From an uncultured Clostridia bacterium (GTDB lineage: Bacteria; Bacillota; Clostridia; UMGS1883): DNA of 64,000 bases. Every line of letters starts with the position of its first letter. Positions within the stretch are counted from its first letter, which is position 1. Positions 27,265-35,994 of the stretch are shown here, piece by piece. The translations under genes were made by a program, and so were the position numbers. The notes under the pieces were generated by a model. That model was given only the letters and a program-made list of their open reading frames with translations. It made no database searches and was not told the DNA's origin. The stretch covers positions 87,673 to 151,672 of the forward strand of contig CAKSNY010000001.1 in assembly GCA_934476455.1 (NCBI GenBank), written 5' to 3'.

Positions 27265-28770
27265 ATGGAAATTAAAATGCTGCCGGGCGAATACTGGTGG
27301 GGCGGAGCGGTAGATTGGGGAAAGGAAATGCCGCTTTGCGGCTCGTCAGACTTTTGCGCGGACTTGTCGGGCGGGGAAAAGGATCAATGCTCGCCTGTGT
27401 TTTTATCGAGCAAGGGACGGTATATTGTGTGTGAAAAGCCGCCTAAGGTTGAGTTTAAAAAAGGAACAATAAAAATAGACGAAGGCTGCGCGCCCCGTCT
27501 GTTTGAAACGGGCGGCGGTCTTAAAGAGGCGCACCTGGCACTTTCAAAAAAGCATTTTAAAAATGACGGACGCATACCCGACGAAAGTTTTTTTGAAATT
27601 CCGCAGTACAACACATGGATAGAGCTTATGTACAATCAAAACCAAGAAGACATTCTTTCCTATGCAAACGAGATTGTTAAAAACGGTATGCGCCCCGGTA
27701 TTCTTATGATTGACGAGGGCTGGTCGGAGGATTACGGCGTGTACGATTTTTACCCGGGGCGTTTTCAGAATCCGAAGGAAATGTTAAGAAAGCTGCACGC
27801 GCTCGGCTTTAAGGTTATGCTTTGGGTAACACCCAATATTTCGCCCGACAGCAACGCCTTTCGTTATCTTCGCGATACGGATTATCTTGTGAAGGATAAG
27901 GACGGAAAGATTGCAATAAGAGAATGGTGGAACGGCTACAGCTGTGTGCTTGATTTATCCAACCCGCAGGCGCGCAAATATCTGGAGGAAAAGCTTTGCG
28001 CACTGATGCGAAAATACGGTATTGACGGCTTTAAGTTTGACGCCGGCGACACATATATGTATTGTGACTGTGACAAAAGTTTTAAGCCGGGCGGCGCCGT
28101 TCAAAGCACAAAGCAATACGACCTGTTTGCTGCAGATTACAAATTTAACGAGCTGCGCGCCGTTTGGGATATGGGCGGAGAGCCGATAGTGTGCCGCCTT
28201 CAGGACAAAAAACATTCATGGAACGACACAGGGCTTGACTGTATTATTCCGAATATGATAATGCAGGGGCTTTTGGGCTATTATTACGGCTGCCCCGATA
28301 TGATAGGCGGCGGTGCATACGGCAGCTTTTTGGAAAAAGGATTTAAGCTTGATGAAGAGCTTTATATAAGGTGGCTCGAGGCAAGCCTTCTTTGCCCGAT
28401 GCTTCAGTTTTCAATAGCGCCGTGGCGCGTACTGAAAAAAGAAAACTATGACATTGTAAAAAAATATATAGCCTTCAGGGAAAGGTTTACCCCATATATA
28501 ATACAGCTTGCCAAGGAAGCTGCGCTCGGAAAGGGACCTGTTCTGCGGCCTATGGCATATGAATATCCGCAGGGAGGATATGAGGAATGTAAGGATATGT
28601 ATATGCTGGGCGACAGATACATTGTTATGCCGATTGTAAAAAAAGGCGAAAACGAGTGCACGGCAAATCTCCCGCCGGGGAAATGGAAGGGTACAGACGG
28701 AAAAATATATGAAAACAGCGCACGCCTTTGCCAAAAGCCGGGCGGGCTTATGATTTTGGAAAAAGCCTGA
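27265..28770 (+). CDS. Cytoplasmic GH31-family glycoside hydrolase (YicI-like alpha-glycosidase).
   Basis: GILMIDEGWSEDYGVYDFYPGRFQNPKEMLRKLHALGFKVMLWVTPNI matches the GH31 segment lDidym...FtwdpeRFPdpkem...G.k...w..P. YGIDGFKFDAGD matches the YicI nucleophile region GVDCFKTDFGE. Confidence 0.55.
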   Translation: MEIKMLPGEYWWGGAVDWGKEMPLCGSSDFCADLSGGEKDQCSPVFLSSKGRYIVCEKPPKVEFKKGTIKIDEGCAPRLFETGGGLKEAHLALSKKHFKNDGRIPDESFFEIPQYNTWIELMYNQNQEDILSYANEIVKNGMRPGILMIDEGWSEDYGVYDFYPGRFQNPKEMLRKLHALGFKVMLWVTPNISPDSNAFRYLRDTDYLVKDKDGKIAIREWWNGYSCVLDLSNPQARKYLEEKLCALMRKYGIDGFKFDAGDTYMYCDCDKSFKPGGAVQSTKQYDLFAADYKFNELRAVWDMGGEPIVCRLQDKKHSWNDTGLDCIIPNMIMQGLLGYYYGCPDMIGGGAYGSFLEKGFKLDEELYIRWLEASLLCPMLQFSIAPWRVLKKENYDIVKKYIAFRERFTPYIIQLAKEAALGKGPVLRPMAYEYPQGGYEECKDMYMLGDRYIVMPIVKKGENECTANLPPGKWKGTDGKIYENSARLCQKPGGLMILEKA

Positions 28771-28785
28771 AAGGAGTTTTGTAAT

Positions 28786-29799
28786 ATGAAAATACTTAAG
28801 CTGTATCAGCACGAAGAAGACAAAAACATAGACTACGGCTCAGACAGCCCTCTTTTAAAAGAAATTAAAAAAAAATACGGGTGCGACGAGGTTGTTCTCG
28901 GCGATAACAAAACGGAAGCGGAAATTGCGGATATTATAAGAGAATATGACGTTCTTCTTACAATGTGGCGCAGCCCGCATATACCGAACGAACTGGCGCA
29001 AAACCCCGGAAAGCTTCGCTGGATATGCAATATTACGGGTGAAATATCGCGCTGGATTGATATAGATATAGTACAAAGCCCGCACATAACCGTAACAAAC
29101 TGGGGAAATGCGCCGTCTTACGGGATAGCGGAGGGCGCGTTTGCACTTTTGATGGCGGTTATAAAGGAAATACCGCTGCACATAAAAACCACGAAAGACA
29201 GAACCGACACCGACTGCACAAAGCAGCAGGCATCGCTATATAAAAAACACATAGGAATATACGGAATGGGCGCAATAGGCGGCAAGTTTGTCGAATTTTT
29301 AAGACCGTTCGAGCCGATTGTATATACCTACGACCCTTATGCTGCATCAATCCCCGATGGAGTTACAAGGGTAGAAAACCTGGAGAAGCTTTTTGACGTT
29401 TCACAGATTATAGTAATACACGCAGGGCTTACACCGCAAACGCGCGGCAGCGTAAAAAAAGAGCATTTGGCGCGCATTCCGGACGGCGGCATAGTAATAA
29501 ATACGGCGCGCGGGCAGATAATCGATTACGATGCCATAAAGGCGGAAATAATGTCGGGCAGGCTTCGCGCCGGGCTGGATGTTGTAACAGACAAAAATAT
29601 GCCGGAAGAAAACGACCCTATACGTGACTGTGATAATGTAATATTTACAAATCATCACATAGGTACGGGAAAATGGGGAACAGACCCGCAAACACTTGAT
29701 TTTGCATCGTTGAATTGTCTTGAAAATTTACAAAGATTCAGGGAGGGTAAAGCGCTTAAGTTTATAATGACCCCGGCGCGATATAAAATTTCAACTTGA
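28786..29799 (+). CDS. D-isomer-specific 2-hydroxyacid dehydrogenase family protein (NAD-binding).
   Basis: The Rossmann motif is GIYGMGAIGGKFVEFL. The catalytic region is VIHAGLTPQTRGSVKKEHLARIPDGGIVINTARGQIIDYDAI...LDVVTDK. Confidence 0.8.
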   Translation: MKILKLYQHEEDKNIDYGSDSPLLKEIKKKYGCDEVVLGDNKTEAEIADIIREYDVLLTMWRSPHIPNELAQNPGKLRWICNITGEISRWIDIDIVQSPHITVTNWGNAPSYGIAEGAFALLMAVIKEIPLHIKTTKDRTDTDCTKQQASLYKKHIGIYGMGAIGGKFVEFLRPFEPIVYTYDPYAASIPDGVTRVENLEKLFDVSQIIVIHAGLTPQTRGSVKKEHLARIPDGGIVINTARGQIIDYDAIKAEIMSGRLRAGLDVVTDKNMPEENDPIRDCDNVIFTNHHIGTGKWGTDPQTLDFASLNCLENLQRFREGKALKFIMTPARYKIST

Positions 29800-29813
29800 A
29801 ATGGAGTTTGAAA

Positions 29814-31151
29814 ATGGACAAGATATTGATAGATTTAACAAAAACCGACGGTAAAATTAAGCCGATGAACGCTGTAAACAACGGACCTACGGCACCTGAT
29901 ATAAGATGCTCGTACACTTCGTTTGACGCGTACAAGGCGGCAAATATTCCGTATGCAAGAAATCATGACGCATCGTTTTTTTCCGATTATGGCGGAGAGC
30001 ATACGGTAGATGTACACCGGATATTCAAAAATTTTGACGCAGATGAAAACGATCCGTCATCATATGTTTTTGAGCCTACCGATGAATACATAAAAACAAC
30101 GCTTGACGCGGGAACAAAGATTTTTTACAGGCTGGGAGCGTCTATCGAACACGGTTATAAATATGGAACAAAAGTTCCGAAGGATTTTTCCAAGTGGGCA
30201 AGAATATGCGAGCATATTATAAGGCATTACAATGAAGGGTGGGCAAACGGCTTTAAGTACGATATTAAATACTGGGAAATATGGAACGAGCCGGACTGCT
30301 ATAATCACGATGGCTCGCGCCCATGCTGGCAGGGTACGGATGAACAGTTCACAGAGCTTTATATTGTTGCGGCAAAGCATCTGAAAAAGTGTTTTCCGCA
30401 CCTTTATATAGGCGGACCGGCATTTGCAAGCATTTGGTCTGAAAGCTTTGTCGATATGTTTTTGAAAACGGCGGCAAAGGAAAATGCCCCGCTTGATTTC
30501 TTTTCATATCATTGGTACGGTAATAATATTGAAGATTTAAGGCAAACAATTGCCGCTGCAAGGGAAAAGCTTGACGGCTGCGGTTTTAAAAACACCGCGG
30601 CAATTCTTAACGAGTGGAATTACGTAAAAGGTTGGGTTGCGGACGATTGGAAATATTCCTTAAAAAAAGAAAGAGAGCTTAAAGGAGCGTCATTTATTGC
30701 GGCGGCAATGTGTACCGGACAGGCAATGCCGCTTGATATGCTGATGTATTACGATGCAAGGCCGTGCGGAATGAACGGTATTTTCAAGTATGAAACCTAT
30801 GAATGTCTAAAAGGGTATTATACGTTTATGATGTTTAAGGAACTGAGAAGTCTTAAAAAATATGTTTTGACCAAGGGGCAGTGCGAGGATATCTATTCGT
30901 GCGCAGCCACAGACGGGAAAAACAGCGCAGTTATGCTTACGTATTATAATGACGACGATACGCTGCCTTCTAAAAAAGTTTCGGCTGTGTTTTTATCAAA
31001 ATCAAAGACAAGCCGGGCAGAAGTTTATGTTTTGGACGAAAAGCTTAATTTAGAGCTTGACAGGGAAATGTATTTTGATACAAACAAGTTTTCGATCTGC
31101 CTTGATATGCAGCTTCATTCGTCGGTGCTTATTAAGCTGTATGAAAACTAA
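29814..31151 (+). CDS. Cytoplasmic GH39-like glycoside hydrolase (clan GH-A, beta-xylosidase / alpha-L-iduronidase family).
   Basis: Start chosen at ATG 29814 (MDKILIDL) with a GGAG RBS. The ORF-track start is a TTG that overlaps the upstream stop. KYWEIWNEPDCYNH...FTELYIVAAKHLKKCFPHLYIGGPA matches the GH39 segment YWEVWNEPN...EYF.LY..TA.AIK...P.L.VGGPA. Confidence 0.5.
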   Translation: MDKILIDLTKTDGKIKPMNAVNNGPTAPDIRCSYTSFDAYKAANIPYARNHDASFFSDYGGEHTVDVHRIFKNFDADENDPSSYVFEPTDEYIKTTLDAGTKIFYRLGASIEHGYKYGTKVPKDFSKWARICEHIIRHYNEGWANGFKYDIKYWEIWNEPDCYNHDGSRPCWQGTDEQFTELYIVAAKHLKKCFPHLYIGGPAFASIWSESFVDMFLKTAAKENAPLDFFSYHWYGNNIEDLRQTIAAAREKLDGCGFKNTAAILNEWNYVKGWVADDWKYSLKKERELKGASFIAAAMCTGQAMPLDMLMYYDARPCGMNGIFKYETYECLKGYYTFMMFKELRSLKKYVLTKGQCEDIYSCAATDGKNSAVMLTYYNDDDTLPSKKVSAVFLSKSKTSRAEVYVLDEKLNLELDREMYFDTNKFSICLDMQLHSSVLIKLYEN

Positions 31152-31162
31152 GGGGCGGAAAA

Positions 31163-32815
31163 ATGAAATATAGGTGGAAAACAATAAGCAGTCTGGAAAA
31201 AATATTTTTTCATAATTTTGATGCGCTTAAAGAAGAAACGCACGGGTCAATGTTTAAAAATGAAATATATTCTTTTCAGCTTGCCGGAGAATTTAAAAAT
31301 ACAGAATTGGTAAAGACAACGTGTAAAATAGAAATCGAAAGCGAGATTGCACCGTACATAAGTCTTTATTCCGTAGGCTACGTTCCGAACGATTTGCCGA
31401 CTATTGAAATAGATGATGACGACGAGTATTTAACAAAAGAACCCGGACTTTTTCCGGATCCTCTTTTCAGAATAAGAGATAATACGTTTACACTTTGCGA
31501 CCATCAGGTGCGCGGCGTTTGGGTATGCACAGAGCCGAAAGGTGAAATAAGCGGATGCTTTGACATAAAACTTAAGATATACGACAAAAACAGTAATCAT
31601 TTGGAAACACTTGTGTATTCGCTTAAAATCATAGATACAAGTCTTCCGGAGCAAAGGCTTATAAATACAGGCTGGTTTCACGGGGATTGTATAGCGCTTT
31701 TGCATAATACCGAAATAGGCAGCAAGGAATACTTCAGTATTTTGGAAAAGTATTTAAAGGTCTACGTTAAGTTTGGACACAATATGATTCTTACCCCCAT
31801 GTTTACACCGCCGATTGACACTGCCGTAGGGAAAGAACGACTTACAAATCAGCTTGTTTGCGTGCGAGTTAATGACGGAAAGTACAGTTTTGATTTTTCA
31901 CCTCTTAAAAAGTGGATGAACATTTGCAGCGCAAACGGAATAAAATATTTTGAATTTTCGCACCTTTTTACACAGTGGGGCGCAAAATACGCGCCGAAGA
32001 TTATGGCATATGACGCTGCGGAATACAAACGCATTTTCGGCTGGGAAACGAAAGGGGATTCAGCCGGATATATACGCTTTTTAGAGGCTTTTTTGCCGCG
32101 CCTTGTTGCGTTTTTAAAAGAGGAAAAGGTTTTTGAAAGATGCTTTTTCCATATTTCCGATGAACCGGACGGCAGCAAAGAACACAAAAAAAGGTACGGC
32201 AGGGCAAAGGATTTGATTGTGCGCTATATACCGAAGGATAGAATTTTTGATACAATAGACGAGTACAGCTATTATAAAGAGGGAATAATTAACTGTCCGA
32301 TTGTGGCGATTGACCGCATTAAGGATTTTACGGAAAATAATGTGCCGCGGCTTTGGGCATATTATTGTATGGCACAGCGGAAAAATGTGGCAAACCGCTT
32401 TCTTGCGCAGCCGTCGTACCGAAACAGAATTTTAGGGCTTCAGCTGTACAAGTACAACATAGAAGGTTTTTTACAGTGGGGATTTAATTTCTGGCTGTCT
32501 GCCGGGGCGCAAAAGGTTATAGACCCATACAAAAATACAACAGCCGATATGTCTTTTCCCGGCGGAGATCCGTTTGTCGTATATCCTCTTGACAAATTTT
32601 TTGAGGTAGTGTGTTCCTTACGTCTCTATGTATTTAACGAGGCGCTTCAGGATATGCGCGCGCTTTATTTTTTGGAGCAGCACCTCGGGCGCGATAACGT
32701 GCTTAAATTGCTTTCCGATATTGACGGATTTGAGGTCTATCCCAAAAACGAAGAATATATTTTAAATCTGCGCAGCCTTATAAACCGAAAAGCCGAAGAA
32801 ATAATAAACGGTTGA
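31163..32815 (+). CDS. Conserved hypothetical protein (DUF4091-like), last gene of the glycan locus.
   Basis: RBS AAGGGGCGGAAAAATG. No signal peptide. It is co-directional with the GH genes and separated from them by 11 nt. Confidence 0.35.
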   Translation: MKYRWKTISSLEKIFFHNFDALKEETHGSMFKNEIYSFQLAGEFKNTELVKTTCKIEIESEIAPYISLYSVGYVPNDLPTIEIDDDDEYLTKEPGLFPDPLFRIRDNTFTLCDHQVRGVWVCTEPKGEISGCFDIKLKIYDKNSNHLETLVYSLKIIDTSLPEQRLINTGWFHGDCIALLHNTEIGSKEYFSILEKYLKVYVKFGHNMILTPMFTPPIDTAVGKERLTNQLVCVRVNDGKYSFDFSPLKKWMNICSANGIKYFEFSHLFTQWGAKYAPKIMAYDAAEYKRIFGWETKGDSAGYIRFLEAFLPRLVAFLKEEKVFERCFFHISDEPDGSKEHKKRYGRAKDLIVRYIPKDRIFDTIDEYSYYKEGIINCPIVAIDRIKDFTENNVPRLWAYYCMAQRKNVANRFLAQPSYRNRILGLQLYKYNIEGFLQWGFNFWLSAGAQKVIDPYKNTTADMSFPGGDPFVVYPLDKFFEVVCSLRLYVFNEALQDMRALYFLEQHLGRDNVLKLLSDIDGFEVYPKNEEYILNLRSLINRKAEEIING

Positions 32816-32884
32816 CTTTATAAGAAAACGGGTTTATAATAATTAGAAATTCATTTTGGGCATAGGACTCGGAAAGGAGAAAAG

Positions 32885-33565
32885 ATGTTTGATATAAACC
32901 AGGCAGAGTATCTTTTCAGGATATTTATTGCCGCATTGTGCGGCGCAATGATAGGCTATGAAAGAAAAAACCGCGCAAAAGAGGCGGGCATAAGAACGCA
33001 TTGCCTTGTGGCTATGGGTGCGGCGCTTATGATGATTGTGTCGAAATACGCATTTTTTGATGTTCTGGCGCCGAACTTTAAGGGCGCGGCGGACATTAAG
33101 CTTGACCCCTCACGCGTGGCGTCAAACATTGCAAACGGGATAGGCTTTTTGGGTGCGGGAATGATTTTCGTACAAAAACGCACCGTCACGGGTCTTACCA
33201 CGGCAGCGGGAATTTGGGCAACCTCGGGCATCGGTATGGCGATTGGCAGCGGAATGTATTTTATCGGGATTTCGGCAAGCGTGGTTGTGCTTTTGATGCA
33301 AATATTTTTGCACCGCGGGTATAAATGGCTTGAAATGCCTACACACAGGGTACTTAACATTAAAAATGTTGATACGGAAGGCTTTAACAAAAATATCAGA
33401 GAAGAATGTGAGAGCCGGGGCATATCGATAAGCTTAAGCACGGTGACAAAAAATACGGAAACAGGCACAAAAAATTATGTTTATGCGATAGAGCTGCCGC
33501 CGCAGCTTGATGAGGAAGAGCTTTTAAAGCTTGTGCCTTACGAGTGCAGCATAAAGCTTGAGTAG
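32885..33565 (+). CDS. mgtC: MgtC/SapB family membrane protein.
   Basis: LCGAMIGYERKNRAKEAGIRTHCLVAMGAALMMIVSKYAF is the MgtC signature. RBS GGAAAGGAG. Confidence 0.75.
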   Translation: MFDINQAEYLFRIFIAALCGAMIGYERKNRAKEAGIRTHCLVAMGAALMMIVSKYAFFDVLAPNFKGAADIKLDPSRVASNIANGIGFLGAGMIFVQKRTVTGLTTAAGIWATSGIGMAIGSGMYFIGISASVVVLLMQIFLHRGYKWLEMPTHRVLNIKNVDTEGFNKNIREECESRGISISLSTVTKNTETGTKNYVYAIELPPQLDEEELLKLVPYECSIKLE

Positions 33566-33575
33566 GAGGATGCTT

Positions 33576-34220
33576 ATGAAAACAAAAGACAAAAAGATAT
33601 GCTTTATAGGCGACAGTATAACAGAGGGTGTGGGTGCGTCCTCGAAGGAAAAATGTTATGTAAGCGTTTTTGAAAAGATAAGCGGCGCGGATGTTACAAA
33701 TCTTGGAATAAGCGGCACGCGTATAGCGCGGCAGCAAAAAAATATGATAAATGAAATATGGGACAGTAACGAATTTTTAACGCGCGTTGATAAAATTCCC
33801 AAGGATACACAGATAATAGCAATATTCGGCGGCACAAACGATTACGGACACGGTGACGCGCCGTTTGGAAATATGAACGACAGAACCGCAGACACCTTTT
33901 TCGGGGCGCTTCATATGCTGAGCGCTGCCGTTATAGAAAGGTTTCCCGCGGCAACCGTCTTTTTTATGACGCCGCTTAAACGTTACGACGAATACCAAAA
34001 TAACGCCTCAAATTCATTAACACTTGAGTCATACGCCGATGCTGTAAAAAGTGTGGCGAAGTACTACAGCATACCGGTGCTTGATTTATATGCCGAGGCG
34101 GGAATGCAGCCTTGTATAGAGGCGCAAAACAAGTATTATTTTGCAGACGGCGTTCATCCGAATGATAACGGACACGAGAGGGTTGCAAGAAAGGTTATGG
34201 AGTTTATAAAAAATCTTTGA
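33576..34220 (+). CDS. SGNH/GDSL-family hydrolase (esterase/lipase-like).
   Basis: ICFIGDSITEG is block I with the catalytic Ser. GGTNDYGHGD is block III. DGVHPNDNGHERVA is block V, DxxH. RBS AGGAGG lies 7 nt upstream. Confidence 0.75.
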   Translation: MKTKDKKICFIGDSITEGVGASSKEKCYVSVFEKISGADVTNLGISGTRIARQQKNMINEIWDSNEFLTRVDKIPKDTQIIAIFGGTNDYGHGDAPFGNMNDRTADTFFGALHMLSAAVIERFPAATVFFMTPLKRYDEYQNNASNSLTLESYADAVKSVAKYYSIPVLDLYAEAGMQPCIEAQNKYYFADGVHPNDNGHERVARKVMEFIKNL

Positions 34221-34242
34221 TAAAAATATACGGAGAAAATTT

Positions 34243-34857
34243 ATGGAAAAGCGGCTTTTATGGGCAATGGAAATACAAAGCCTTGCACAGGCGGGGCTTG
34301 CGTATACGGACAACGTCTACGATATAGAAAGATATAATCGGCTGAGAGAGATTTCTGCCGAAATGATAAGCGAACAAAGCGATATACCACTGAAAAAGGT
34401 CAGGGAATTATTTTGCAATGAAACCGGTTATCAAACGCCTAAAATAGATACGCGTGCGGCAGTTTTTAAGGACGGGAAAATACTTTTGGTTCACGAAAAT
34501 AACGGTACGTGGTCGCTCCCCGGCGGGTGGTGCGATGTTTTGGAGTCTGTAAGGTCGAACACCGAAAAGGAAGTGCGCGAAGAAGCCGGGCTTGAGGTTA
34601 AGGCAACAAAGCTTATTGCGATTCAGGACAGAAACAAGCACAATCTGCCTGTGTACGCATACGGCGTGTGTAAAGTGTTTATACTGTGCAGCCTTATAGG
34701 CGGCGAATTTCATAAAAACTCCGAAACGGTGGAAACAGGTTTTTTCGGCTTGGAAGAGATTCCGAAAAACCTTGCGGAGGAAAAAACGAATCTTAAACAG
34801 ATTGAAATGTGTTTTTCCGCTTATAACAGCAGTACGTGGCAGCCCTTGTTTGATTAG
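34243..34857 (+). CDS. NUDIX hydrolase with an N-terminal NUDIX-associated helical domain.
   Basis: The Nudix box is GGWCDVLESVRSNTEKEVREEAGLEV. Confidence 0.75.
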   Translation: MEKRLLWAMEIQSLAQAGLAYTDNVYDIERYNRLREISAEMISEQSDIPLKKVRELFCNETGYQTPKIDTRAAVFKDGKILLVHENNGTWSLPGGWCDVLESVRSNTEKEVREEAGLEVKATKLIAIQDRNKHNLPVYAYGVCKVFILCSLIGGEFHKNSETVETGFFGLEEIPKNLAEEKTNLKQIEMCFSAYNSSTWQPLFD

Positions 34858-35013
34858 GCAATGCCTAAAATAAATAAACCGAAGCCCATTCCTTTGACGA
34901 TTGCGAAGAATGGGTTTTCTTTTTACACAAAAAACTTTACATTTAACGCAAAGCGTGCTATTATAATGTATTATAGTGGGCGTAGATGCCAGACTTTTAA
35001 AGGTTCGGTGCTT

Positions 35014-35994
35014 ATGATAAATGATGAAAAGATACAGTTTGGAACAATAATACGGATTTTATTTTCGCTTTTTCCGCTTCTTTTTGGGATGCCTACCGTG
35101 GCGATGGTTCTGTGTGCCTATAACATAGCGATGACGTTTATTATGATAGGTCCGTTTAACGCGGCGCTGGGTGCGCTTTCGTCGGTGCTTATTTCAGTTT
35201 TGTTTTACGGTATGCTTTCGCCGGGAGCGGATGTGCAGGGTGTTTTCCTCGGAGCGGAGGCGGTGCTGTGTGCCGCCGCGTGCACATATGCGGTTGTGAA
35301 GAAAAAGGGCTTTTTTACAGGCATTTATATGTCTGCGGCAGCGTATTTGGTTCTTTCGGTGGCAAATCTTCGTATTCTTTCGTCAAAGGCAGGGCAAAGC
35401 ATTGCGGATTTTCTTACTGCCGCACCGCTTGAATTTTTAAAAACGCAGGCAGAGACGGTTTCCGCGGGAAACGCCGTTTCGGCGGATAACATAACAAAGC
35501 TTATAGACTATATCGGAAAAATAACTGTTATGCTGCTGCCGTCGGTGCTTGTTGTAAGCTCTGTTGTTGTGGGCTATATTGTTATGTGGTGTGTGGCGGT
35601 CTCTCTGAAAAGGACCCCTCTTTCGATGGACCATTCGTTTGCACAATTAAAAATGCCCAAAAGTGCGTTTTTTGTAATGCTTGCCGTTTTTTTGCTGTGG
35701 CATATCGGCGGCAAAGCGGCAGGGGTTTTGGGAAATGTTTTTGCAATTCTTTGGGCTTTGTTTTTTATCTGTGCGGTGTCTTTGGTTGACTTTTTCTTAA
35801 GAAAAGCAATTAAACCCGCATTTTTGAGGGTAATTATACATTTTGTAATATATTCGGTTTTTTCGGTGCTTGTACGCATAAATCCGTTTGTTAACATTTT
35901 TGTGCTTTATGTGATTTTGGCATCGGTGGATTCATTTGTTGATTTAAGGCGTTTCTTTAAAGAGCGGGCGGTGAATGATGAAAAAGAAGAATAA
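35014..35994 (+). CDS. yybS: YybS-like DUF2232 integral membrane protein.
   Basis: Polytopic membrane protein immediately upstream of, and overlapping, gdpP, as in Bacillus yybS-yybT(gdpP)-rplI-dnaC. Start taken at MINDEKIQFG. Confidence 0.6.
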   Translation: MINDEKIQFGTIIRILFSLFPLLFGMPTVAMVLCAYNIAMTFIMIGPFNAALGALSSVLISVLFYGMLSPGADVQGVFLGAEAVLCAAACTYAVVKKKGFFTGIYMSAAAYLVLSVANLRILSSKAGQSIADFLTAAPLEFLKTQAETVSAGNAVSADNITKLIDYIGKITVMLLPSVLVVSSVVVGYIVMWCVAVSLKRTPLSMDHSFAQLKMPKSAFFVMLAVFLLWHIGGKAAGVLGNVFAILWALFFICAVSLVDFFLRKAIKPAFLRVIIHFVIYSVFSVLVRINPFVNIFVLYVILASVDSFVDLRRFFKERAVNDEKEE

